A stretch of 63,064 nucleotides of DNA, filler included, from an uncultured Synergistales bacterium (GTDB lineage: Bacteria > Synergistota > Synergistia > Synergistales > Aminobacteriaceae): NCBI GenBank assembly GCA_937897575.1. It is 5 parts of 5 records of this genome, joined end to end, with 100 filler letters (N's around TTAATTAATTAA, not from the genome) between each part and the next. Parts side by side here need not be neighbours in the genome. Positions count along the whole stretch, not along the records: positions 17,217 to 47,231 come from CALCQG010000089.1; positions 47,332 to 53,932 come from CALCQG010000098.1; 3 more parts are not named here. The stretch is one strand, 5' to 3'. Shown piece after piece: positions 39,433 through 48,151 of this stretch (its first letter is position 1; every line of letters starts with the position of its first letter). Below the pieces are notes generated by a model. The model was not told the DNA's origin and did no database searches. It saw only the letters and a list, made by a program, of their open reading frames with translations. The translations under genes were made by a program, and so were the position numbers.

Positions 39433-39499
39433 GGGACCGGCGTCGGGGGAGAGCCATCTCCCCCTGCAGCGAACCACTTCGAACAGGAGGGAGATTCTC

Positions 39500-40276
39500 G
39501 TGAGAAAAGAACGCGCTTTCATGGGACGAACCATCATCCGCCGCCTCGCGGCCGCCGCCCTTTTCCTGGCGATCGCGGCCGCTCCGGCGCTGGCCGCTCT
39601 GCCGCGGAACTACAGCGAGTTCAAGGCCCGGTACGCCCAAGAGGGGCGGACGCCCGAGGGGGCCTTGAAGCTCTACTTCGACGCCGTCTTCTGCTACATC
39701 GACCCCGCCACCCGGGACGAGGGGTCCAAGATGCTCCGCTACACGCTCCGACTACGCCAGGGGTGGGAGAGCACGGCCTACAACAGGACCTTCGTGGAGC
39801 GCATGGAGGACCCCGGCCGGGAGTACTTCTTCCGGAGCTACGCCGTGGGCGCCACGCCGCAGAACAACTACGCCATGGACCGGAACGACTACCGCCTGGA
39901 CATCGTGAAGCGGTGGAGCGGGCACTCGTCGGGGGACCTTCAGCTCAGCCTCCGGAACGGAGGGGCCGACAACCCGAGGGTCGTCTATCTCCGGAAGTTC
40001 GACGGACTGTGGTTCGTGACCAACAACAGCAGCACCTTCCTGGACGTCCGCCGCCCGGTGACCATGGCGGACAGGACGGGACACGACGCGGACTATGACG
40101 ACGTGAACTACGGCGGCGCCATCAGCGACGGGCAGGACGGCGGGGACTACGACAAGACGAAGAGCTCCGGGGAGCCGTCCAAGAGCGCCCCACCGCCTCA
40201 GGCGCCCCAGCACCCGGCGGTGAACCAAGAACTGGAGGACGCGTTCCAGCAGCTTCTCCGGAACGTCCTGAAATAA
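39500..40276 (+). CDS. Secreted hypothetical protein (possibly DUF6935-like)
   Basis: RBS, ALA signal peptide, coding codon bias, low-complexity tail. Confidence 0.75.
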   Translation: MRKERAFMGRTIIRRLAAAALFLAIAAAPALAALPRNYSEFKARYAQEGRTPEGALKLYFDAVFCYIDPATRDEGSKMLRYTLRLRQGWESTAYNRTFVERMEDPGREYFFRSYAVGATPQNNYAMDRNDYRLDIVKRWSGHSSGDLQLSLRNGGADNPRVVYLRKFDGLWFVTNNSSTFLDVRRPVTMADRTGHDADYDDVNYGGAISDGQDGGDYDKTKSSGEPSKSAPPPQAPQHPAVNQELEDAFQQLLRNVLK

Positions 40277-40299
40277 CTGCAGAATACGAGGTGATCCTG

Positions 40300-42771
40300 A
40301 TGAGAAAACGTATCGTTCTTCTCTGCGCCATGATCCTCCTCTTCACCTGCCCCTCCGCCTGGGCGGCGCAGGAGTATCTTGTGACGGGGCATGTCGTCCC
40401 CATCTACGAGTCGCCGAAGGCTGGGACCCTCGCCCCCAAGGACGGCTGGAAGACCGTCCCCGAGGAGGACGAGAATGTTCTGACCACCGTTGTCTATGGG
40501 AACAGACTCGAGTGCTCCGATGCGAAGGGCGCCGCCAAGTGGCTGGAGGTCTTCGCCGAGGGGGGCTCCCTCGGGTTCGCCGAGAAGCGCTTCTTCACCC
40601 CCTTCCCCAAGCACGACGCCTTTGATGAACCGCGTTCCTTCTGGGTCTCCTCCGACGGCGTCATCCCGTCCCTCTTCCCCGGCGAGCGACCGCTGACGGA
40701 GCACGACCCCTTCGCGCTCCCGCTGGGAGTCACCATCCTCGTCGAGGGCAGCGCCGAGAAAGACGGGAAGTCCTGGCTCCTCTGCCGCTTCGAGGGCGAT
40801 CTCGCCCAGGGCGGAAGCGACGGTTTCGGGGGGCGGTATGCCTGGATCCGGGCGTCCGACGCCGTCGACCTTGCCAAGTACGAACCCGACACGTCGAAGG
40901 TGCAGGAGGAGTGGCTGCCCAAGACGCTGAGCGATACCAAACGAACCGCACTCCTCGCCAAGGGGTTCTCCATCGACCCCACCCCCCTCATCCCGGAATG
41001 GATCGTCCAGGACGACATGGTGGACCGCTACAACACCATGACGTGGCAGACCCCTAAGTTCATCACCGCCGATCTGCCCCTCCACGCCTTCCACCTCTAC
41101 TTCGACCGCATGCTTCAGAAGGTGGAGGAGGAGGTCCTGCTGCCCCGCACCGCCGAGCTCCTGACGGCCATGAGACTGGGGCTCACCTCCTTGAGGGAGG
41201 AGATGACCGGCCCCTCGGGGAAAGAGGCGGCGACCCTTGTGGAGGACTACCTCGACGTCGCCATGTTCCTCCTGACCAACGGAGGCACGGAGCTCTCCGA
41301 CCGCGGAGCGGGCATCGCCACCAATATTCAGGAGGGGGGCATCGCCAGGTCGCCCTTCACGGGAGCGGAACAGGACTACTCCCTCTTCGCGCCCCGGGGG
41401 CACTACACCCTCAACGACGACTTCAAGAGCTACTTCAGGACCACCTACCTGCTCGGAACCCCCTTCCCGCTGGACAAACCCCACGGGGCCGCGGCCACCC
41501 TGCTTCTCTGCCGGCTCCTCGACCTCTCGGATGTCCAGTCGGCGTGGCGGTCCTTGGTGGACCCCGTCCTCTACCTCGTGGGCTCCTCCAACGTCAACTC
41601 TTGGGACGACCTGAACGAGGTGGCGAAGAGGTACGACCTCGCCACCCTGGAGGACTCCGCAGCCATGGATCGGCTCATGGCCGATCTGGACAAAGTCGCC
41701 AAGGAGAGCGCCATCCAGAGGCTCCCCGGCAAGAAGTTCGCCGTCATGCCCCGGCGGATCACCTTCGACGCCTTCATCTTCGACAACCTCACGTCGCCGG
41801 CCATCGGCACGCCCGACAAGGAGCGAAAGCTTCCCGCCCCCGAGGACGTCATGGCGATCCTCGGCTCGAAGTCGGCCGGACTCGAGACGGAGCGCTACAA
41901 GGAGACCCCCGGGTATGAGGAGAAGGCCGGAGAGCTGGTGAAACAGTGGCCGGACTACGAGAAGAGCACCAAGGGACAGAACGTCTACACGTCGTGGCTC
42001 TCCCTCTACGACGACTACTTTGAGGGGAGCGCCTCGAAACAGTTCTTCGCAGGCACGCCCCAGTGGGACTACAAGAAGCTCCTCACCGCGTCGGGCTCCA
42101 TGGCGGAGCTGAAGCACGACACCATCCTCTACGCGGAGCAGAGCGGAGCCGAACTTGGCGGTCCCGGCGGCGACTGGACCCCCGCCCCCTACGCTCTGCC
42201 CTTCGGCCGGGGGTACGTGGAGCCCGAGCCGAAGCTCTTCGCCGGGCTCGCCGCCTGCGCGCGAAAGATCGTCACCTTCCTCGAGCCCATGTTCTCCGAC
42301 GAGTACGAGCACTATCGATACAACCTGACGGCGTTCGCCGCCATAATGGACAGGCTCTCCGACATGGCGGGACGGGCCGTCTCGGACACCATGATCTACG
42401 ACGACTTCGCGGAGCTTGCCACCTTCTTCCTGCCCTCGGTGCTCCCCGAGGGGATCGGCGAGGCGAACGCCCCCGAGACGCAGCATCAGATCAAGATGGC
42501 CCTTGTGGCCGACGTGGCCACGGACCCCGGCGTCGGGGCGCTCCACACGGCCATCGGGACCCCCAGGGAGATATCCGTCTACGTGAACGACAGGGGCGGC
42601 GGTGCCAGAGTCGCCACGGGGTACGTCTTCTCGTACTACTCCTTCGTCCGGCCCCTGTCCGAGGGGCGGATGAACGACGACCAGTGGAAGGAGATCGTCT
42701 ACGACGAAAAACGGCAGGACGAGCTGGAAGAGCTCCGTCCGGCGTGGTACAGGCAGCACCTCGAACCGTGA
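40300..42771 (+). CDS. DUF3160 domain-containing secreted protein with N-terminal SH3-like regions
   Basis: FITAD..LH.FH..FD, DYSLF.PRGHYT, ELKHDTILYA.QS, GYVEP.P, LVADV.T, G.VFSYY.F, RMND..W. Confidence 0.85.
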   Translation: MRKRIVLLCAMILLFTCPSAWAAQEYLVTGHVVPIYESPKAGTLAPKDGWKTVPEEDENVLTTVVYGNRLECSDAKGAAKWLEVFAEGGSLGFAEKRFFTPFPKHDAFDEPRSFWVSSDGVIPSLFPGERPLTEHDPFALPLGVTILVEGSAEKDGKSWLLCRFEGDLAQGGSDGFGGRYAWIRASDAVDLAKYEPDTSKVQEEWLPKTLSDTKRTALLAKGFSIDPTPLIPEWIVQDDMVDRYNTMTWQTPKFITADLPLHAFHLYFDRMLQKVEEEVLLPRTAELLTAMRLGLTSLREEMTGPSGKEAATLVEDYLDVAMFLLTNGGTELSDRGAGIATNIQEGGIARSPFTGAEQDYSLFAPRGHYTLNDDFKSYFRTTYLLGTPFPLDKPHGAAATLLLCRLLDLSDVQSAWRSLVDPVLYLVGSSNVNSWDDLNEVAKRYDLATLEDSAAMDRLMADLDKVAKESAIQRLPGKKFAVMPRRITFDAFIFDNLTSPAIGTPDKERKLPAPEDVMAILGSKSAGLETERYKETPGYEEKAGELVKQWPDYEKSTKGQNVYTSWLSLYDDYFEGSASKQFFAGTPQWDYKKLLTASGSMAELKHDTILYAEQSGAELGGPGGDWTPAPYALPFGRGYVEPEPKLFAGLAACARKIVTFLEPMFSDEYEHYRYNLTAFAAIMDRLSDMAGRAVSDTMIYDDFAELATFFLPSVLPEGIGEANAPETQHQIKMALVADVATDPGVGALHTAIGTPREISVYVNDRGGGARVATGYVFSYYSFVRPLSEGRMNDDQWKEIVYDEKRQDELEELRPAWYRQHLEP

Positions 42772-42819
42772 AGGGACGGCGGCGCGCGTTCTGCGCGCCG
42801 CCCGCTCCTCGGGGCCATC

Positions 42820-43497
42820 ATGCCCCACCACGATCTCGCCGCACCTCTGATGGACGAGGTCTACGGCATGCTCTCGAGGGAGCTCCCCTCCCCGGGGCGG
42901 ATCCTTCTCATCGCCCCGGACCACTACCTCCGGGGACGAAGTGCCGTCACCTTCAGGGGTGCGCCGTGGGACGCCTCTTTCGGGCCCCTTCCGGAGGATC
43001 GTGACGGGGTCCGCGCTTTGGAGAGACTCGCGCGGCGTCAGGACGACATCTTCCCGGGGGACCACGGCGTGACGGAGCACATCCCGAGGATCCGCCGCGC
43101 CTGGGGGAACGTCCCCGTGCTGCCCGTCATGGTGCGCCCCGAGGCCACGGACCTGCAGATACTCGCCATCGCGAAGGCGCTCCTTCCGCTGCTCGAAGAG
43201 GGCGCCGCCGTGATTCTGAGCATGGACTTCTCCCACTACAAACCGGCCAGTGAGGCGCGACGGGAGGACGAACGAAGCACGGGGGCGATACGGAGTTTCC
43301 GTTTCAACGACCTGAACAGGCTGGACATCGACTGCCCGCGGGGAGCCCGCCTCTTCCTCCAGCTCATGAAGCTCTCGGGGGCCGCGAAGTCGAGGGTCCT
43401 GGCGACGGGGAACTCCGACGACTTCATGGCGTCGCCCACCGCCCGCACCACCGGGTACGTCACCATGATCTTCGGGGGTGGACAGGGCGCTCCATAG
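42820..43497 (+). CDS. AmmeMemoRadiSam protein B / MEMO1-like (N-terminus lacks a proper start; see findings)
   Basis: PHH, APDH, DHG, SMDFSHY, DIDC, TGY motifs. Confidence 0.8.
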   Translation: MPHHDLAAPLMDEVYGMLSRELPSPGRILLIAPDHYLRGRSAVTFRGAPWDASFGPLPEDRDGVRALERLARRQDDIFPGDHGVTEHIPRIRRAWGNVPVLPVMVRPEATDLQILAIAKALLPLLEEGAAVILSMDFSHYKPASEARREDERSTGAIRSFRFNDLNRLDIDCPRGARLFLQLMKLSGAAKSRVLATGNSDDFMASPTARTTGYVTMIFGGGQGAP

Positions 43498-43568
43498 AGT
43501 ATGAAACAAGCCATGGTCGGCGCGTTGACTATATCCCCGAACGGGAGCGCTCCATAGGGTGTGGAACA
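43487..43568. repeat. Two 22-nt direct repeats, period 60 nt
   Basis: GCGCTCCATAGAGTATGAAACA and GCGCTCCATAGGGTGTGGAACA. Confidence 0.7.
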
Positions 43569-43657
43569 GAGGAGGGACGACGGCTCGAACTCCGTCGCCC
43601 CTCCTCTTCTGTTCTCTCCGTCCCGGCCGCACGGCGCCGGGATGACGACCGCTCGGT

Positions 43658-44692
43658 CTATTCCGGCACGATGTACCGGGCGGAGGAGGTCACCGGCGAT
43701 TCGACGAGCTTTCCGCCCGTCGTTACGACGAGCCGGGACGTGAAGCTTTCGGCCGATGCGTCGTGGAGGGTGAACTCGTACCCGTCCCCCCGCTTCAGCA
43801 GGGACCCCACGATGTAGCTCTCGGGGTAGAATTCTCCGCCGTCGTCCACGTGCCACGTGGACTGTTCGTCGTAGGCCGCCGGAAAGTCGAGGCAGAAGGT
43901 CCCCTCCGGCGCGACGAGGGCTATCGCGGCCAGGGCGTTCTTCCCCTTGGGCTTGAACTCCATGGCGTAGACGGCCACCCCGGAGTCCTCAGCCTCAGCG
44001 ATCCGAACGATCGCCTTCAGGGTTCGTCCATATCGTTTTTCGAAGGCCTTCCGCTGGTCCGGCGTGGCCTCGGCCGGGCTCTTTTTCAGGGGGATGGGCT
44101 CGACGCTTCCGGTGTACTCGTCGTCCACGAGGAGCACGTCACTCCCCACGGGATCCCCGTAGGGCAGAGACAGGGGTTTACCCTCCACCCGGAAGAGAAA
44201 GCCCGCCAGGTCGTCGAAGGTTCGCGCCGTCTCGCGGCCGTTCCACTTCTGGCTCTCTGTACGGTAGTCCTCGAAGGTCACGGAGTGCAGGACCCCGTTG
44301 AAGATGCAACGGGTAAACCGGGGGGCTATCGTCTCCATCAGGGGCCGCTGCAGAAGGAGCACCTTCGACCCGTCGAGGGACGCGAGGGCGAACCTCGGCA
44401 GGGCTTTGTCCACAGCCAGATACTGGCCGTACACCCACCCCGTCGAGTCGTTCATGGTGACGCGGTACCATGGGTACTGGTCACCGCTCTTCTCCGGGGC
44501 CTTTTCCAGGACCTCCACAAGCTCACCGCCGCTGAAGCGAAGGAGGACGGACGCCGACGTGGAGGGTTCGGCCCGCATGTTCACCCTCGTCCCCAGAACC
44601 GTTCCGACGGCGGGCAAAACAACCTCCGAGGCGCCCGGCGCAGCGAGGCAGAGGAGCAGCAGAAGCCCTCCCCACAGGACTCTCTTCATCAT
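43658..44692 (-). CDS. Secreted SH3b-domain protein
   Basis: Signal peptide; GTRVNMRAEPST...YPWYRV....TGWVYGQYL. Confidence 0.82.
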   Translation of the reverse strand: MMKRVLWGGLLLLLCLAAPGASEVVLPAVGTVLGTRVNMRAEPSTSASVLLRFSGGELVEVLEKAPEKSGDQYPWYRVTMNDSTGWVYGQYLAVDKALPRFALASLDGSKVLLLQRPLMETIAPRFTRCIFNGVLHSVTFEDYRTESQKWNGRETARTFDDLAGFLFRVEGKPLSLPYGDPVGSDVLLVDDEYTGSVEPIPLKKSPAEATPDQRKAFEKRYGRTLKAIVRIAEAEDSGVAVYAMEFKPKGKNALAAIALVAPEGTFCLDFPAAYDEQSTWHVDDGGEFYPESYIVGSLLKRGDGYEFTLHDASAESFTSRLVVTTGGKLVESPVTSSARYIVPE

Positions 44693-44729
44693 TACCCACA
44701 CCCTTTCCCCGTCCGACGGGAAACGTTCG

Positions 44730-46193
44730 TCATTCGTACAGGGCCCATTCGTACCGGAGCCACGAGATGGCCATGCTCTCCTCCACGATGGCCGTCAGGC
44801 GTTCGAAGGCCATCTCGGGGTCGTAGTAGTGCCACTCCCCCTCGCCCAGCTCCTGAGGCTCCCCCAGAAGGGATTCGAGCTCCGCTGCGTCCATGCCCAC
44901 GGTGATCGAGCCGAACCCCAAGGGGCCGCCCCACACCTCCACGCGCCGGAGAACACCGTCCCAGTACTCCGCCTCGTGGTCAGAGTAGGTCAGGATCTCG
45001 ATGCGCACCGTCACACCGAAGTCCGCGAGTCGTTCCTTGCTCGTCGTCTTCTTCTCGGGAGGGCCGAACTTCTGCACGGCGAGGGCCGGAGAATAGCCGA
45101 AATCCAGCTCGATCCTCGCGGCGTACCGGTTGAGGGGGGTCACCTCCGCCTCGTCGGGGACGTCCAGGTACTGCCCGTAGACCCAACCCTCGCCCAGCGC
45201 CCTGGACAGGACCCTGTACCAGGGGTACCGGTCCCCTTCCTCCCGAACCTCCTCGAGGACAAGGACCGCGCTGCCTGCATCGTCCCGGAAGACCCCGAGG
45301 ACCGGAGCCGTCTTAGCGGGGCCCTTCCGAAGGTTCACGCCCGTGTCGTTCACGGAGCCGTCCACAGGCCACCGCCACTCCTCTTCTTTTTCTTTCGGTT
45401 CAGCCACTTTCGGCTCGGCCACCCCGGAGGAAGAGGCGCCCGTCGTCTCCTCCAGAAGCGCGACGGCTCCTTCGTTCTCCGCCTGTGCGGCGATATCGAG
45501 GGCCCTGTTGCCGGCCGCGTCCTGGACGAGTGGGTCAGCGCCCGACTTCAGGAGGGCCTTCAGGGCGTCGGGGACCATGTTGTGCCTCGCGCCCCACATG
45601 AGGGCCGTCCATCCGTCTCCGTCCCGGGCGTTCGGATCCGCCCCGGCGGAGAGCAGCCTCTCGAGGACATCGGCGCTGTCGCGGTACATGGCGGCGTACA
45701 TCAGTGCCGTCACGCCGGACTCGTCGCCCGCAGCCACATCCGCGCCTCCGTCCAGCAGAGCCTGTACCACATCGGCGTTCTTGTTCCACGCCGCCGCCCG
45801 CATCAGAGCCGTCATGCCGCCGCTCCCCTCGGCGGCGGCGTTGACGTCGGCGCCGCTCTCCAGAAGGGCCTTCACCACATCGGGGTTGCCGTTCTCCTGG
45901 GCGGCGTACATGAGCACCGTCCAGCCAGAGTCGGCGTTCACGTCGGCCCCCTTCCCGGCGAGCGCCCGGATCACCTCGGGGTTTCCGTTGTGCTCCGCCG
46001 CGCTCATAAGCGGCGTGCGCCCCTCGTTGTCCGCGGCGTTCACGTCCGATCCCGCCTCGATGGCCTGCGCCCCCTCCTCGGGGCTCCCGGTGGCGCAGAG
46101 CTCGAGGAACTCCTCCACAGGCATCGCCGCCCCGGCGGGGACACCGAAGCAGAACAGCGCAAGGACGGCGGTGCACAAAAAGCTCTTTCTCAT
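44730..46193 (-). CDS. Secreted ankyrin-repeat + SH3b protein
   Basis: Signal peptide; GADVNA...G.TALM.AA repeats; VNLRKGP...YPWYRV...EGWVYGQYL. Confidence 0.9.
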   Translation of the reverse strand: MRKSFLCTAVLALFCFGVPAGAAMPVEEFLELCATGSPEEGAQAIEAGSDVNAADNEGRTPLMSAAEHNGNPEVIRALAGKGADVNADSGWTVLMYAAQENGNPDVVKALLESGADVNAAAEGSGGMTALMRAAAWNKNADVVQALLDGGADVAAGDESGVTALMYAAMYRDSADVLERLLSAGADPNARDGDGWTALMWGARHNMVPDALKALLKSGADPLVQDAAGNRALDIAAQAENEGAVALLEETTGASSSGVAEPKVAEPKEKEEEWRWPVDGSVNDTGVNLRKGPAKTAPVLGVFRDDAGSAVLVLEEVREEGDRYPWYRVLSRALGEGWVYGQYLDVPDEAEVTPLNRYAARIELDFGYSPALAVQKFGPPEKKTTSKERLADFGVTVRIEILTYSDHEAEYWDGVLRRVEVWGGPLGFGSITVGMDAAELESLLGEPQELGEGEWHYYDPEMAFERLTAIVEESMAISWLRYEWALYE

Positions 46194-46263
46194 GACGGCA
46201 CTCCCCTCTCAATGGCTCCGGCGCCGGAGGTCGTCTCCTCATACCCGGCGATGGTCGTCCGCT

Positions 46264-47184
46264 TTATTTTCCCCAGGGATCGTCCTGACCGGCCTCTTCG
46301 GTCTCCTCGGCCTCCTGTGTCCTCTGCGCCTCATGGGTTGTCCGAGTCTCCATGTTCTGCGCCGCGGGGGCTCTTTCGGCCTCCGGGGCCTTTGTACGTC
46401 CTTCAGGCTCCGGCGCTCTTTCCGTCTCCCCGGCACCCTTGGTTTCCTGCTCTTCCGCCCCTCCGGCGACCTCCTCGAGCTCGCCGATCATCTGGTCGAA
46501 CCTTTTGCTGCGTTCCATGTTCTTCACCATGCGGACGTGACGAAGAAAGGCGGCATCGCTCTTCTTGCCGTAGAGCTGGGCCAGAAACTGGGCCTCGCCG
46601 TTCCTGAACTCCTCCCAGGCCTTCAGGGCCACGGATGCCGTCTTCGCCCCGTCCCCCACAAGCCCCTTGCCGAGCTTCGAGCTCAGGTTCTTGACCTTCA
46701 TGGCCTCGGCGAGCTGTTCGTCGGTCTGCTTCGCCGGATAGCTCCCCTCGAAGCGAGGTTTGCCCCGCTTCAGCTCGTCCACGTAGGCGATCAACTCGAG
46801 GGTTCGTCCGCGAGTGGGCTCCAGGGAGTTCACGGCGTGGGACATGCTCCATATGGTCCCGCCGCCGCTTTTCTCCGAGAGCGTCTCGTAGTAGGCGCCG
46901 GCAAGTGCGTGCTCGCTGTCCCTCCACGGGATCCAGGCACGTTGGGCCGTCCTGAGGGCGCTCTGCCCCTCCTTGGGGAGGAGCCCCATGAGCTCCTTAT
47001 AGGCTCGGTTGAGCTCCTGGTCCCACTTTTCCGCGAACTCCTCGGCGCACTGGACCACGCCCGCCGTGCTCGGGTCCTCACTATGACACCGCTCGAAGGC
47101 CTCGTCGAGAGGGTGCTCCGCCGCCACAGCAGAGCCGCAGAGGAACAGCGCACACAGGGCGATCCACAATCCTTTCCGCGTCAT
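46264..47184 (-). CDS. Lysozyme inhibitor LprI (DUF1311) family protein
   Basis: C....ST....C....WDQELNRAYKEL....ALRTAQRAWI.WRD; a degenerate second copy; acidic tail. Confidence 0.85.
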   Translation of the reverse strand: MTRKGLWIALCALFLCGSAVAAEHPLDEAFERCHSEDPSTAGVVQCAEEFAEKWDQELNRAYKELMGLLPKEGQSALRTAQRAWIPWRDSEHALAGAYYETLSEKSGGGTIWSMSHAVNSLEPTRGRTLELIAYVDELKRGKPRFEGSYPAKQTDEQLAEAMKVKNLSSKLGKGLVGDGAKTASVALKAWEEFRNGEAQFLAQLYGKKSDAAFLRHVRMVKNMERSKRFDQMIGELEEVAGGAEEQETKGAGETERAPEPEGRTKAPEAERAPAAQNMETRTTHEAQRTQEAEETEEAGQDDPWGK

Positions 47185-47231
47185 GAACAGATGCCTCCTT
47201 CATTCGTGCGGGACCGGAGGACTTTGTCCTC

Positions 47232-47331
47232 NNNNNNNNNNNNNNNNNNNNNNNNNNNNNNNNNNNNNNNNNNNNTTAATTAATTAANNNNNNNNNNNNN
47301 NNNNNNNNNNNNNNNNNNNNNNNNNNNNNNN
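47232..47331. other. Assembly gap / artificial linker
   Basis: N run with TTAATTAATTAA. Confidence 0.98.
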
Positions 47332-47354
47332 TCGGAGGACGGGTTCCAGGGCGG

Positions 47355-48125
47355 TCACTCCGCCCTGTTCCTCTCGTAGATGAGCCGCAGCCCCGTGAGG
47401 GTCAGCCACTGGTCCACGTCCGTGATAGTCTCCGAGAGCGCCGAGACCACGGCGGAGTGCCCTCCCGTGGCCACCACGGGCGTCTCGTATCCAAGCTCGC
47501 TCCAGCACTTGCGGACCAAGAAGTCCACGAGGCCGGCGTTTCCGTACAGGATCCCCGACTGGATGGCGTTGATGGTCGTATGGCCGATGACGTGCTCCGG
47601 GGCCTCAAGGGAGACCTGGGGCAGCTTGGCCGTCCGGCCGAACAGCGCCTCCATCCCCGTCACGAGCCCGGGGGAGATGGTCCCTCCGAGGTAGGCCCCG
47701 GACCGGTCCACGATGTCCAGCGTGATGGCCGTGCCGAAGTCCACCACGATCAGCGGGGCTCCGTAGAGCGCCTTCCCCGCAACGGCGTTCACCAACCGGT
47801 CCGCCCCCACCTCCTGCTTGGGCGAGTAGGCGATGGTGACGCCGAGGTCCAGGGCGGAGGTGACCTTCAGCGCCTTCAGGCCCAGATAGTTCGCGAGGCC
47901 CTCGGCCAGGGCGATGTCCAGGGATGGGACAACGCTCGCGAAGATGGCGCCCGTCAGTTTTTTCCTGTCCACCCCCGAAATGGCGAGGAGATTGAGCAGA
48001 TAGACGCCCGTCTCGTCGGACGTCCGGCGCTCTGAGACGAGGCGCCAGTGCTGCACGAGCTCCGTTCCTTCATAGACCCCCACGGTGGTGGTGGTGTTTC
48101 CCACGTCGAGAACCAGCAAACCCAT
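47355..48125 (-). CDS. coaX: Type III pantothenate kinase
   Basis: LDVGNT, SVVP, VGADR, VDFGTA.T, GG.ISPG, ATGG. Confidence 0.95.
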   Translation of the reverse strand: MGLLVLDVGNTTTTVGVYEGTELVQHWRLVSERRTSDETGVYLLNLLAISGVDRKKLTGAIFASVVPSLDIALAEGLANYLGLKALKVTSALDLGVTIAYSPKQEVGADRLVNAVAGKALYGAPLIVVDFGTAITLDIVDRSGAYLGGTISPGLVTGMEALFGRTAKLPQVSLEAPEHVIGHTTINAIQSGILYGNAGLVDFLVRKCWSELGYETPVVATGGHSAVVSALSETITDVDQWLTLTGLRLIYERNRAE

Positions 48126-48151
48126 GTCCATTCCCTCCTCAGGGCGAAAGT

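Noticed and set aside
2389..43632. Many very long alternative ORFs (e.g. 2389-5253, 5792-8668, 9640-12780, 12320-15583, 29271-31739, 40198-43632)
   Set aside because: Antisense shadows of real genes caused by high GC3; no motifs of their own
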